DNA of 64,000 bases. Origin: Eledone cirrhosa. Its lineage: Eukaryota. Of this stretch, positions 16,598 to 30,750 are shown in pieces. The position numbers and the translations under genes were made by a program. The notes under the pieces were generated by a model. That model was not told where the DNA came from. It ran no database searches and worked only from the letters and a program-made list of their open reading frames with translations. The number at the start of each line of letters is the position of its first letter. Position 1 is the first letter of the stretch. The stretch is from NCBI GenBank assembly GCA_964016885.1, contig OZ024742.1:79360001-79424000 (forward strand), given 5' to 3'.

Positions 16598-16849
16598 TAT
16601 ACACACACATATGAATATCCTTACCCGCAGTTCTACATATCCGAATGTATCCACTCCAAAATTCATACCTGTATAGCCATAAATATAGATATACATATGC
16701 ATACAGACATACAGACAAACACATACACATACATAGACAAACACACGCACACGGACACACACCCCATATATATATATAGATAAAATCACATAAACCAATC
16801 CTTTCTAAGAGTATTGACATACTCGGACCGGTAAGCTTTCAAACATCTC

Positions 16850-17170
16850 TCTTGTGACGCTAAACTCCGCCAGTTGCAGACTGCGCATTAACATGTGATA
16901 GCTCTCTCCATAAAGTTCGATCACCAGCAGCAGAGTTCAAAGAGCAAATATCAAGTCCAGTCCATAAGTTGACATTGTCAAGCCATCGTATTGGCTCTCG
17001 GCCTCTGCTTCTCCTACCAGTCAACCTTCCTTCCAGGCATAACCTACTCACACCACGAGTTGATCTTTTTATATGGCCGTATAGCAGCTCACTGATACAG
17101 ATACGGTTGCTGAGCCGCTTGCCAGTCATAAGTCTCATGATGTGGTTCTGGAATGTAGTGAGCTTCTAAA
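16850..17170 (-). mobile_element. 3' fragment of an RTE-clade LINE
   Basis: ORF 16860-17138 has YGHI.R...LEGRLTGRRSRGR...RWLDNV..WTG, the typical RTE C-terminal motif. Confidence 0.75.
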
Positions 17171-17517
17171 GTGAACGTGTCATCCAATTAACACAGTTAA
17201 GACCATATAACACAACTGGTAGGATGCCTCTGCACATGATACTATCTGCAGAGGCATTTCAAACATATAGACGTGTTTACACGCATATCTACAATTCTCA
17301 CATACACACACTGACAGCCCCCCCCCCCCCCCCCCGCACACACACTCACACATCATATTATATATACATATAAAAATGCACATAGACATATACATATAAA
17401 CATACACGCACATACAAATATATACTCGCATACATACGTACATGCGTGTATATTAATATGCACACGTTTAAAATAGAAATGCTGATACACCGAAAATGAA
17501 TATCTAACACATACAGC

Positions 17518-17605
17518 CGCATTTACCTACAATATAGACCCGCATTCCCCCACAATATAGACCCTCATTTACCCCCAATATAAACCCTCAATCACCCACA
17601 ATATA
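17518..17605. repeat. 23-bp minisatellite, about 4 copies
   Basis: Unit approximately cgcatttacccacaatatagacc. Confidence 0.8.
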
Positions 17606-17974
17606 CATATTGACACCAGTTCATGTATGACTGACACTCCTGCCACTATTCCCTTATTTTACTTCTTTCTTCTAAAATTAGCTTACATAAAACATATATA
17701 AACACATAGGAGGATGTTTTTCTATTGGTATTGTAGAGCAAAGATTAATGCTTCGTTATCTCTCTCAAAATACTAATTCTTATGCCTGATTAATATGTTT
17801 ATAATTATTCCCCTCTATACTTCTACGCTTTCGCATGTTTTCATTGCAATTTGATAATGGTTGTTTGGAGAAGCTAAATGCTCCAGTTCACATCTCGCCA
17901 AAGGACATCTGTATTTTTTCGTAACTATGAAGCCAGTGATGCGTTAGGTGTTAGAATAAACGCATAATTTATTC

Positions 17975-18032
<58 letters not shown>

Positions 18033-18178
18033 ATATCTACATACACGCACACACACACACACACACACACATGCATACACACACATACACTCACACACAT
18101 ATCTACCCCCATACACACACATACAGATATATATAAATTAAGAAACGGTGTTAAAAGCTCACGTTAATCCCTTTAAAA

Positions 18179-20422
18179 CACTGGTCAACAAAAAATATTC
18201 ATTTCATGGTTCTGGTATAATTTAGTATGATTCTAGGGAAATCAAGTGTGCAGAATCTGAATATGACAACGGTTAAGCTGTATCGGGTCTAGTCTTCGAG
18301 AACCAGCATATCCATGTTTATGACCCATAGCTATGTGGCTCATATTACTTCATCCAATTGTATCCACTATATTTAGTTGTTAACTAATTCATACTTACTG
18401 CTTTTGTTTCAGATCACAGAATTGTAACTATCCTCAGCTATTCTTGGATAATTCAGGACAACTTTGACTAGTGGGAGAGATGGAACGCCGGAAATGTGTA
18501 AATGACCCGGACCGATTTTGCTATATTTGTGAAAGCATAAAGAAACCAATCACAAAAGCAGTTCGAGTAAACTACAAATGCTACTTCAAATGTCCATTAG
18601 GAGACCAGGACAAGAAATGGGCGCCTCATATAGCGTGTAGGTCATGTGTTAATCACCTAAGTAAATGGAAGAATTGTAAACGAAGCTCTAGTTTGCCATT
18701 TGCCGTACCAATGGTGTGGCGAGAACCAAAAGACCACAATAACGATTGCTACTTCTGCCATATAAACATCCAAGGAATAACTGTGAAGACACGAACTACA
18801 CTTCAATACCCCGATATCTCGTCAGCAATCCGACCAACACCTCACAGTGACGAATTACCTGTTCCAGTTCCACCTGCTGAACACGAGCTAATCTCTGATT
18901 CTGATTCCAGTAGCACCCCTATTGATGATGACTATCAAGACGAAGATGAGACAAGTGAACCCATACCATTTAACCAGGAAGCTCTTCACGATCTCATTGG
19001 AGACCTACATTTGTCTAAAGAAAAGGCAGAGCTCCTGGGATCAAGACTGAATCAACGAAACCTGCTGGAACCTAGTGTCCGCATTGCAACCGCTCGTCAT
19101 CTTCATAAACAAATTTCAGCATTTTTCAAAATGGAAAATAACCTTTGCTATTGTCATGATGCAGATTCTCTCTTGCAACAACTCTGTAAATCTGATTCAT
19201 ACAAACAAGATGATTGGAGGTTGTTCATTTATTCAGGAAAACATACTCTAAAAGCAGTCCTTCTCCACAATGGAAATTGGCTTCCCTCCGTACCAATTGC
19301 ACACGCAACAAATATGACTGAGAATTATGAAACTATGAAAATTTTGCTTTGCTCAGTTCAGTACCAGAAGCACCAGTGGAAAATTTGTGGAGATCTCAAA
19401 GTAATTAGTCTACTTCTAGGTCTTCAGACCGGTTACACAAAGCATATGCGTTTTCTATGTTTGTGGAATAGTAGAGTAGATGCGGAGCACTACATGAAGA
19501 AAGATTGGCCAACAAGACCAAAGGATGCATCCGGTAGATTCAACTGTCTGTACAAACCTCTCGTGGATCCAGAAAAAGTATTCCTCCCTCCATTACATCT
19601 CAAATTAGGCTTGGCCAAAAACTTTAATAAATGCATGGATCATACAGGTAATGGGTTTCAGTAGTTGTGTAAGAAATTGGGTAGAGTGGTATCTGAAGCA
19701 AAGTTAAAAGCAGGTTTTGAATGGTCCTCAGATTCGTATGCTGGTTAATAATAGTGAGTTTACGAAAACACTAAACCCTTTGGAGACTAATGCATAGAAA
19801 TAATTTGTAGATGTGACACAGAACTTTCTTGGAAACCACCATGCAGAGAACTATAAAGAAATTGTTGAAACCATGATACAAAATTATCGCGCTCTGGGTT
19901 CACGAATGTCGTTGAAGCTTCATTTCTTCCATTCTCATCTGGATTTCTTCCCAAGTAATCTAGGAGACATCAGTGATGAACATGGAGAGAGGTTTCACCA
20001 GGACATTGCCATAATGGAGAGTAGGTATCAGGGTCGGTTAAATCCCAACATGATGAGCGACTACTGCTGGACACTGCAACGTGAGGAGAGCCAGCAAAAC
20101 AAGCGTAAAAGCAAAATCCAGAAATTTTTTTAGAAATATTTTGAAATATTTTGTTATGTTCAGAATGTTGTTCAGAAAAGTGTTAAAAAAAAAAATATAT
20201 ATATATGTTTATATATTTTTATTAATAAGTTAATATGTTTATATCTAAGTCATCATATGTTACACAATGGATAAATAATGCAATACGAAGAACATATTTT
20301 CGATCTCATATTAAGACATTCTGGTCCGATAGCAAAAAATGAATATCAAAACTGAATTTAGTGCTATGAAATTAGTAAGATGCACATATTCACATGTAAG
20401 AACCATTTTGGCTGTTGATCAG
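18179..20422 (+). mobile_element. Chapaev3-type (CMC superfamily) DNA transposon
   Basis: Left end CACTGGTCAACA. Right end TGTTGATCAG, an imperfect inverted repeat lacking the terminal TG. Encloses the transposase. Confidence 0.75.
18480..20133 (+). pseudogene. Decayed Chapaev3-like transposase
   Basis: N-terminal Cys/His Chapa-like finger (CVNDPDRFCYIC...WAPHIACRSC...DHNNDCYFC), plus CGDLKV, LPPLHLKLGL, SDEHGERFHQDI and DYCW. Stops and a frameshift lie between 19664 and 19813. Confidence 0.8.
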
Positions 20423-21113
20423 ATTTCGGACTCGTTATAAATCAGTATATAGAGAGAAACACACAAAAAGGTATGTGTTTAATAATAGGGGATTGAGAAC
20501 CACCAGAGTGAAAGACATATTGTCTACGAAAAGAAAGGAGAATACATAAATAGAAAGAACACATTAAAATGTACTAACATCCGATAATAACTATTATATC
20601 TGGGCATGCTCTAATTAGAGAACATTTCGACATAAAAAGTGTAGATTCCATATTGTAGAGGGCTTGTCAACAGGTGGACCACAAAAGGGTTTACACTTCT
20701 AAAAATATATTAGATAACTGAAATACGCAAATGGTTAAAAAAGAAAACACGCGCGTTATATAGCTCATGGCGGTGTGAATGGACAAAAAAAAAACGCTAA
20801 AAACAGCAGTTCAGAACCATTCAACTTAAGAAACTCTACCTACATATAGAAATGGATTAGGAGGCAATATCTGAAATAAAAAATAAAACCGGAGTTAACG
20901 ACTCACGTTAATCCCCTATAGTTAAATGAGTTAATGGGACAGATTCCGGGCTCTTTATAAATCAGTATATATAGAGAAATACACAATGAGGTATGTGTTT
21001 AATTATAGGGGATAGAGAACCACCAGAACATATTGTCTACGAAAGGAAAGAAGGATACAGATCAATTAAAAGAACACATTAAAATGTACTAACCATTGGA
21101 TAATCACTATTAT
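20423..21113 (-). mobile_element. ~520 bp unit with terminal direct repeat (probable retrozyme-like element), interrupted by the Chapaev insertion
   Basis: 20423-20600 repeats at 20943-21113. 18145-18175 matches 20888-20920. A degenerate hammerhead-like motif lies at 20600-20673 (-). Confidence 0.5.
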
Positions 21114-22299
21114 ACCATTGTGGCTAAACAACACCAATTCTAATCTGTATGACGCTGTATGTCCACAGTTCTCCCCATGAAAAGAGTGACGTCGGTGGTT
21201 ACCGAATCCCCGTCAGATCATTACTCGGAAGCTCACTACCAAGCCGCAACTCATTCACCTCTATCACAAGGATGAAGCCGTTGGTCACTTGACATCTTCT
21301 CAGGAAGGTGTCTAAGGAGTTCCTTCTACCAAGGTTTTTTAATCAGAGCAATCCTTTTTCTACGCAGACCTCCAACAAAATCTAATCAGCTCTGTGCATT
21401 CGATTATCTTTTTACACATTATTGAATGGCCTTCGTCTTTCCTGAGTTACCCTAACCTTTGGCGGGATATGTTTAACAACCCCCAGTTTGACCTAACAAC
21501 ACATTGTTCATCATGCAAGCGAGTTTGATCACCAATGACCCTATCACGTGATAGGGTATTCTGGGCTACATGTTAAGAGTAACGCTGTGAACGACCTGAC
21601 ATTGGTACTTTTATTATCGAGTGCTAATTTAGATAATGGTCTAACTAGTCATTTAATAATATCTCATCAATACACACACACACACACACATATATATACG
21701 TTTTTCGATGCAATTTTACCTGAGTCCTCTGCATCTGAACTAGATTTATCTTCACTTGACTACAAGAGTTCTGTGAAATTTGGTCAGAGTATTCCCGTGA
21801 TCGCCTGATTAGTCATGTCCATATCAGCCAGATAGAAACTGGAGGATTAATACAGCCAGAATGAATAATGCAAGACCTTCTGTCTGATACTCTTATGATT
21901 ATGCCAATTCGCTGGTGTGTTTCTGCAAGTGCATATAATCTTAAAATAAATAAAGAAGCACATAGCTCCAAAGGTTACGGTATATAAATAATTAGATGTA
22001 TAGGCAGACAGATAGATATAGATAGATAGAAAGATAGATAGATAAATAGAGGGTAAGATCGATACACGTTGATGGTGGATATTGAAATAGATATACTATA
22101 GTTATGTACTTTATACACTTAGACCCAAATAAGACGTTTATAAGTGAAAGAAATTTATTTTCCAACCCACAATAGACAAAAGATCAGTAACTATGTTAAA
22201 AGCCATTAATATAATATTACATTATTCGATCAATATCTAATAGAAAGACATTGAAATACACCACCTGAATGTATGAATGTATGAAAGGAAAAATAGGCA

Positions 22300-22383
<84 letters not shown>

Positions 22384-22492
22384 CATAGATTAAGTAGGGA
22401 ACTTACATGATATATTCTATATAGAAATGTCATAATTCGTTTGAAATTTTTGGGACTTTTCTGGTGATTTCAAACAAATAAAACAATTCTAG

Positions 22493-22566
<74 letters not shown>

Positions 22567-22571
<5 letters not shown>

Positions 22572-22632
22572 CACAATTATAGATACCAAAACCAAAATTC
22601 GAAGAGGACACATTAAGGATTGTGTATATATG

Positions 22633-22684
<52 letters not shown>

Positions 22685-22737
22685 CACAATCCTTAATGTG
22701 TCCTCTTCGAATGTTGGTTTTGGTATCTATAATTGTG

Positions 22738-22742
<5 letters not shown>
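22567..22742. repeat. ~60 bp inverted repeat around a (TA)n spacer
   Basis: aatcacaattatagataccaaaacc...gattgtgta pairs with tacacaatc...ggttttggtatctataattgtgatt. Confidence 0.9.
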
Positions 22743-22791
<49 letters not shown>

Positions 22792-22796
22792 TGTAT

Positions 22797-22914
<118 letters not shown>

Positions 22915-23466
22915 TATATATAAACGTGTAGAGCAACTATTTATTATTTGTACAGATTAAAAGTTTAAGCAAGGAATTTCTGCTTTTACACTAAGCAGGA
23001 TCTTCTGAAAATGAAATAAATCACTCAGTCATGGACACAGAAATAAATATTTGAAAAATCAAGAGACTAATATTCTTTTATGATAGGCGAATAATTTCCA
23101 GTTACCATATATGGAAGATGATTTTAATAGAAATGAAATGATTAAACATAAAAATACTGAAGGTATTAATAACAGTAAAAGTAATAATAATAATGAGCAC
23201 ACTAATAGTAATGTTTTCGGATGTAGACTCGTATGTGTTGATCGGTGTGGATGCATATGTAAATGGAGATATGGTGTATAAGAATTATACGCACACGTAT
23301 CTGCACATGCGTTTGCATGTGCGTGCACAAATGTATACATACATATACTCGCATATATATATGCATATACACACACGTGTGCCTATACATATATACACAG
23401 GTATATATATTAATAAACATATGTACATACATATACATGTGCATACACCTACTTACAAATCATATG

Positions 23467-23604
<138 letters not shown>

Positions 23605-23651
23605 AGAAAGAAGAAATAGTAGACACAGATATATACCTATTTTTTCTTCAA

Positions 23652-23747
23652 TGTCCCGACTGTACAGTTTCGCTGGTCAGTATGCAAAAATCTTACATCA
23701 TAGAGATGCAACACTGTTGTGAGGTAGGCCAGCTTATCAAGGGAACA
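23652..23747 (-). ncRNA. Type-I hammerhead ribozyme, U3:A8 variant, 52-nt stem II insertion
   Basis: Minus strand reads tgttccc TTGATAA gctgg-(52 nt)-ccagc GAAA ctgtacag TC gggaca. Confidence 0.75.
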
Positions 23748-23886
23748 CCACAGGGGAAGAGCGCTTCTAGACACGTCCGCAGCATGCAAGAAAATCTCAA
23801 AAAGGCGGAGGGAGATACTATCACGTGATACACCGGTCAAGAAAGGGGACTAAATCCATTGTAGCAGTGAAAAATATCTATGTGCA

Positions 23887-26458
23887 ATGATAAATTCTAT
23901 TTCGCACCTGGTCACCGACCTAACCGGCGCTCTCACGAACGACGAACTGAAACTCCTACGCCTCGGACCCAAGTTCATCGTCTCACAACGACTCGACGAC
24001 AGACTCAAACTCGACATCGAAGCCAACTTCTGTCGAGCCGCCTACCAACTTAAATGGGTGACAGCCATCAACAGCGCCACGGAAAATAACAGCGCCCACG
24101 CAACCCACCCTAAGTTCCCCACCTACCACAACCCACTCTACCCCCCACCCACCAACCAAGAACTTGACACTAAACTCATCAGGCTAAAACACTCCATCTC
24201 AGATATTCTACACAAACACACACACACACACGCACAACACACAACCTCAGTAAATCACAACTCACCACTCTCTCCAACCTGAAATCGAAGAACGTCATCT
24301 ACCTCCCCTCCAACAAGGGAAAATAATTCTGCGTCATCAGCAGAGAGGCCTACAACACCCAGGCCCTCCAACACCTTGACAATGACAACCTCTACTCCAA
24401 GGTCACGCGCAGATACAGGAGCACATCAACGCTGCATGGACCAACATCTGTGACCGGCGGAAGCTCCCGAAGAAGTTGAGATACAACCTCCTCACGAGGA
24501 ACAGCAGACTACCCGCCTTCTAACACCTCGTGAAAACACACAAACAGAGACCCGACCTGAAGATCTGACCCATTGTATCGAGCGTGGAAGGACCGCTCTA
24601 CAAAATGTTGTGGCTCCTAGGCAGAATACTCAAACCCATCCTAGACACAATGCCAGGACACGTAAACAGCTCCGAGGAGGTGTTGGAGCGCCTGCATCAA
24701 ATGGATGCCGACACCAGAAAGGCTAACAGATATGCCTTCAGCCTTGATGTGGTCGCCCTTTACACTTCGGTCTCGGCACTCCCGACCGTTGATATACTGA
24801 TGGAACGCGTCCAATCTACCGACCTACACTGCTTCGGGCTCACCACCACTGACATCCACCAACTCCTATCCATCGTCGTTGACAACACATACTTCGGATT
24901 TATCGACCAAACATACGAACAAACCTCGGGACTGCCCATGGGCTCAAGCCTGTCGGGTGTGCTAGCAATTTCATACATGGACAGCCTCGAGCGCAAGGCA
25001 CTCAACACCTGCCACCCCAACGCCGTCGCCTTTTTCTCAAGGTACGTGGACGATATCCCCATCCTGACATCTTCCCAGGAGATGGCGAACAGAATCTATG
25101 AGACGTTCAACAACACGGACGAGAACATTGATTTCAGTGTTGAACACCCCAGCGACGACGGGTCACTTGCTCTCCTTGACTTCCGAATCAACATCACGGA
25201 ACAGGGAGGGATCCACACCAACTTCTACCGCAAGGCAGCTTGCAAGGACCTATTCGTCCACTACAAGTCCGCCCTCCATAACAATGCTAAAAGATGGTAC
25301 GTCACGAACGAGATCACGCGAATTAAAAACAGATGCAGCGATCCCGCGAGTGGTGTCACCCATACCAAGCGATTCCTGCCTCACTCACAAACACGGGTAG
25401 CTTGCCTCACTCACAAACAGAATAAGAGACACCAGACGCAAGAGGCAGAGAAACACCCAAGGCAAGTGCTTCCTTAAAATACCACACCTGTGCGAGAATA
25501 CCACCAACGCTATCCGCTGGGCTATACGGAGGGAGGGCCTCGACATCCACCTGGCCCACTTGGGCTCCTCCCTGCGAAGATGCCTCTCCAGGAAACCCGG
25601 GAAATCGACTGACGCATGCACCCTCAGAAACTGCCCGATGCGCCATACGAACTGTTGCCTACGCACATACGTCGTGTATAAGGTAGAATGTAACAAGTGC
25701 AACCACTTCTATATCAGCAGCACAATCCGGCCGCTACACATCCGGATCAAGGAGCACATCAACACCAGGGCCTCGTCTTTCCGGAAACACATAACCAAAT
25801 GCGGAAACAAAGACGGAAGGCCCATTGTCACAGTGCTAGCGACGGAACGTAACGTCGGCACGTTACGAATAAAGGAAGCACTTTGGATCAAACTCCTAGG
25901 GCCACAAATAAATAACCGATCCGAGAGAAGCGAAATGAGGTGGTTGGTTTAAACAAACGTGGCAACAACACACGCACGCGCACACACGCAAGCGAGACAA
26001 CAACACACGCACACACACACATACACACACAGTAACATTCACCAAACAGGCACGGAATACTACCACCACCACACACTATACAACACTGTGAATACAGAAA
26101 CCAGCACAGACAGACAATACAATGGATTGACAGCTAACGCCACCCCACTCCCACTATTAAAAGAACTATTTCGGCCGCCGACCCCTGCTTGACCGAACCT
26201 ATTTCGCGCGAAGGTGCGCTCTGCTGAATACCTCAGATATTCAAAACAACGAACAGCAGAGAACACGTATCGCTCCTATCCGACAGATAACCCCCCGCCG
26301 GAAAACCCCCCAGTTGATGGATGTGAATCGGAAATATAGGGACAATTAAATCTCTCGCAAGGTAACTCTATCTCGTGTTATTATTTTTTATTTTTTACGC
26401 TCTTTCCTACGTTCTTCTACACACTACACATCTCATTCTACATTCACTTACATCTCTC

Positions 26459-26462
<4 letters not shown>
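23887..26462 (+). mobile_element. Penelope-like retroelement (RT + GIY-YIG), decayed, with 3' pseudo-LTR
   Basis: Motifs include LRLGPKF, PS(N)KG, KTHK...KI*PIVS, SLDVVALYT, QTSGLPMGSSLS, RYVDD and LLDF. GIY-YIG domain VVYKVECNKCNHFYISST.R....RIKEH. Multiple stops and frameshifts. Ends at (TA)n. Confidence 0.9.
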
Positions 26463-26515
<53 letters not shown>

Positions 26516-26667
26516 GTGTACATAATAGAGAGCCAAGTATATATATATTTATATATATATATATATATATATAATTGACTCTCTATTATGTGTACTTTTT
26601 CCCCGTACATAGACATACGTAAGTGGAACCGAAAACGTAGATCAATATTTGATTTTATTATTGTCTC

Positions 26668-27050
26668 AAGGGCGGGGAATTGGCAGTATCGGTAGAGGGT
26701 TGGACGCCATGCTTTCCAGCATAGTTACGTCCCTTTACGATCTGAGTTCAAATCCTGCCGAATTGACTTTGCCTTTCATCCTTACGGGGTCGATAAAATA
26801 AAGTACCAGTAATGCACTGGTTAATTGCTGGCCTTGTGCCTAAAGTAGAAACAATTATTGTCTCAAGGGTGGTGGATTGGAAGTATCGGTAGAGGGCCGA
26901 GCGCCATGATTTGCAGAAAAGAGTTACGGCCCTTTATGATCTGAGTTCCCGCCGAGGTTAACTTTGCCTTTCATCCTTACGGGGTTGATAAAATAAAGTA
27001 CCAGCAATACACTGGGAAATATTCTGGCCTTGTACCAAAAGTAGAAACAA
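26668..27050 (+). mobile_element. Two tandem Meta-like tRNA-derived SINEs
   Basis: Copies at about 26668-26858 and 26866-27050, each preceded by TTATTGTCTCAA. Confidence 0.8.
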
Positions 27051-28225
27051 TCTCCGATCTCCTCAATTTTGAAGTTTTAACTGATCACCATCTAGTTATA
27101 TGCAACCTGAGACTACATAAAGTCAAGAGAGCCCACAGGAAAAAGTGGGAAGCGTTTGCGAATAAAGAAGTCAGGAACAGATATGCGGATACTATTGCAT
27201 TCAAATTCAGAGAACTCTTTCAGTAAGCTCAGGACGTTGAAACGGAGTTGAGATTGATAAGTTCGGCAGTTTCTTCTTCTGCTGTTTATTGTTGCGGGCG
27301 AAAGCAGCTGGATGTGGCACTGGATGGCAGGAGGACCCCTTCTTTCAACCATGTGATCGATGAAGCTATCCGAGTCTTACAAACTTTGAATTGCAAATAT
27401 GCCAATTTTTTTTATTTGCGATATGCAGAGGCGTGAAAATTCGCAGCAAAGAGACTAAAGGCGTCCATAGTTAAGAGGTGGGAGAAACTTGGGGTTAAAC
27501 TGGAATCTGACTTTAGATCAGCAAATAAAGTGTGCTGGCAGATCATCCACTGACTTCTTAATAATAAGTCTCACCCCACTACTCATGTTATCAAGAACGT
27601 GCTTGTGGTTCTTTTTACTTTAGAGAGAAGCATCCACGGGAGGCAAAGTGAATATTTTACCTTTCTCCTAAACCCGGTCACTAAAGCATCTACTGATCTT
27701 CATGTGGTGCATTATGGAGGTTGAGGTGACAAAAGTAATTAAAGCGCTCAAATGTTACAAGGCCGCCGGGGAGGATGAAATTATGTCGGAGATGTTTAAA
27801 AGCCTTAAATAGAAAAGGCATTCTTTGACTGACTCGTGTGTGCCGGGTGTAAGGCACCGAAGCAAGGGCAATCGGGAGTGATAATCCCAATTTTCAAAAA
27901 GGGAGACAAGAGCGTTTAGTCAAATTATAGAGAGATCTCCTTGTTAAGCCTTCCGGGTAACGTCTACGATAAGTGTCTATCAAAGAAATGTAAGGAGATT
28001 GTCGAGTCCCACCTAACTGACGAAAAGTGTTTTTTTGCTCGTACGCAGCACAACCCACCAAATATTCACACTGCGGCAGATACTTGAGAAATAGTGTAAG
28101 TACTGCCAAAAGTTGTATTATTGTTTCATAGAATGCGAAAAAAGGCATAAGATCGCATCCTACAGAACCTGTTGTGGAAGGTTCTGTAGGAATATGGGAG
28201 CGATGGACAGCTTCTTGTTGCCCTG
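27050..28225 (+). pseudogene. Highly decayed RTE-clade reverse transcriptase fragment
   Basis: Relic motifs KAAGEDEI..EM.KAL and SGVIIPIFKKGD...NYREISLL.LPG, broken by many stops. Confidence 0.7.
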
Positions 28226-28773
28226 ATGTCTCTCTACGAATGCCCGAGTCTTGTCATCGTCGTACTTCCTCTCATTGCTGGAGTTGTTGTTGGTGTTGCT
28301 GTCGTCGTTGTCGTTGTTGCTGCCGCTATTGTTGTTGTTGTTTCCGTTCTTTCTTACACTTGTTTCGTTGTTGGTGTTGCTATTAACCTTGTCGTTTTTC
28401 ATGTTGTTATTTTTGGTGATGTTAGTGTTGTTCATTTCGTTGTTGGTGTTCTTGCCATTGTTGCTTTCGTGTGTTTTGTTCTTGTTGCTGGTAGTAGTTT
28501 TTATAATGGTTGTAGTGGGATCGGTGCCATTCTGTTCAACGTTTGAGCTGCTGTCACGTGACAGCTTGCTGAACGCGTGCAGCAGCGCGTATTGCTTCCC
28601 ATTTATTTGACAATAAAATTATTTCAAAAAGTAATTTTCAAATATTTGGGCAATGAATGGCAATTTATATACAAATCGGAACAAATTTATTCAACAAATT
28701 TCACTTTAAAACAACTCAAAATTACCAACGCTCTGGAGCCGATATGAACACGTCCGTCGCAAATGAGAAACAA

Positions 28774-28850
<77 letters not shown>

Positions 28851-28851
<1 letters not shown>

Positions 28852-29905
28852 CACAAGAGGAGTGATGTCGATAGACTCTACCTAAGGAGATCTGAGGGTG
28901 GAAGAGGTCTTATCAGCATAGAGGACTGTGTTCAGATGGAGAAAAACAACCTATACAAATACGTGACCTATAGTAAGGAGCCAATGCTCAGAGCTGTACT
29001 GAAGGAGGGGACAGTAGGCCAGGGGATATCCAAGGAGGAAATAACATCAAGGAGGAAGAGCAGCCTTAGGGGAAAATCCCTTCATAGTACCTTCTTTGAG
29101 AAAACTGAATTTAGAGATCCACAGACATGGAACTGGTTGAGAAGAGGAGACCTCAAAAAGGCTACAGAAGGAATGCTAATGGCTGCGCAGGAGCAGGCCC
29201 TCAAAACGAAGTGGTTGAAGCACCATATCTACAAGGAGGAGGCTAGCCCACTGTGCAGGATCTGTGGAGAGAGAGAGGAGACTGTGGCTCACATTGTGTC
29301 CGAGTGTAAACACCTAGCCCAGACCCACTATAAGGGCTGGAGACACGATGTGATGGGCAGGGTGATCCACTGGCACCTGTGCAAAGTAAACAATCTACCA
29401 CATTCTGAGAAATGGTATGAGCATAGGCCAGAGGCGGTGATGGAGAACAGTCAGGTGAAGGTGCTGTGGGATTTTAGGATACAGACGGACAAAAAACTGG
29501 AACACAATAGACCTGACCTGGTGGTTGTGGACAAAGAAAAAAGATCGTGCCTGATTGTGGATGTGGCCTGCCCGTTCGACACGAGAGTGCAAGAGAAGGA
29601 GAGGGAGAAAATTAACCGATACCAGGACCTAAAGTGGGAGGTGAAAAGGATTTGGAACTGCCATGAAGTCAAAGTGATCCCGATTGTCATAGGCGCACTG
29701 GGGACTATCTCCAAAGGTTTCCAGGGATGGTTAAAGAAAATCGGCCCCTTCACGCTTTTTGGAACGCTTCAAAAGGCATGCTTGCTTGGAACGGCAAGAA
29801 CCCTCCGATACGTCCTGAATATCTGAAGCTGCAGGTAGTGGCTTGATATTCAATCCAACGGACTTTCCAGTTAACCAACATCAATGACTGAGATTCAAGG
29901 AATAA
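28851..29905 (+). mobile_element. 5'-truncated RLE-type LINE (R4/Dong-like) inserted in (AAT)n
   Basis: RLY..R.EGGRGL, CRICG..EETVAHIVSEC, RHD, RPDLVV..D and EK..RY..L. Flanked by (AAT)n on both sides, consistent with Dong-type TAA targeting. Confidence 0.85.
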
Positions 29906-29912
29906 CAATAAC

Positions 29913-29968
<56 letters not shown>

Positions 29969-29969
<1 letters not shown>

Positions 29970-30750
29970 CCTTCTTTGAGAAAACTGAATTTAGAGATCC
30001 ACAGACATGGAACTGGTTGAAAAGAGGAGACCTTAAAAAGGCTACAGAAGGAATGTTAATGGCTGCGCAGGAGCAGGCCCTCAAAACGAAGTGGTTGAAA
30101 CACCATATTTACAAGGAGGAGGCTAGCCCACTGTGCAGGATCTGTGGAGAGAGAGAAGAGATGTGGCTCACATTGTATCCGAGTGTAAACACCTAGCCCA
30201 GACTCACTATAAGGGCTGGAGACATGATGTGATGGACAGGGTGATCCACTGGCACCTATGCAAAGTAAACAATTTACCACATTCTAAGAAGTGGTATGAG
30301 CATAAGCCAGAGTCGGTGATAGAAAACGATCAGGTGAAGGTGCTGTGGGATTTTAGGATACAGACGGACAAGAAACTGGAACACAATAGACCTGATCTGG
30401 TGGTTGTGGACAAAGAAAAAAGATCGTGCCTGATTGTGGATGTGGCCTGCCCATTCGACACGAGAGTGCAAGAGAAGGAGAGGGAGAAAATTAACCGATA
30501 CCAGGACTTAAAGTGGGAGGTAAAAAGGATTTGGAACTGCCATTGTCATAGGCGCACTAGGAACTATCTCAAAAAGCTTCCAGGGATGGTTAAAGAAAAT
30601 TGGCCCCGCCCCGCTTTTTGGAACACTTCTTTTGGAACAGCAAGAACCCTCCGATACGTCCTGAATATCTGAGGCTGCAGGTAGTGGCTTGATATTCATT
30701 TCAACAAACTTTCCAGTTAACTAACATCAATGACTGAGACTCAAAAAACA
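29969..30750 (+). mobile_element. Second 5'-truncated copy of the same RLE LINE, frameshifted
   Basis: Closely matches 29089-29900 with small deletions. Flanked by (AAT)n. Confidence 0.85.

Noticed and set aside
17518-17605. CRISPR-like array
   Set aside because: Contiguous 23-bp tandem units without spacers, in a eukaryotic context.
24520-24570. In-frame TGA/TAA in the Penelope RT as possible selenocysteine recoding (Naiad-like)
   Set aside because: The TGA replaces Arg in KIRPIVS (CGA>TGA CpG decay) and the TAA replaces Tyr. Frameshifts are also present, so this is ordinary decay.
28230-28600. Asn-rich minus-strand ORF as the 5' end of a Tx1 ORF1
   Set aside because: Only compositional similarity to 61880-62014, with no motif support.
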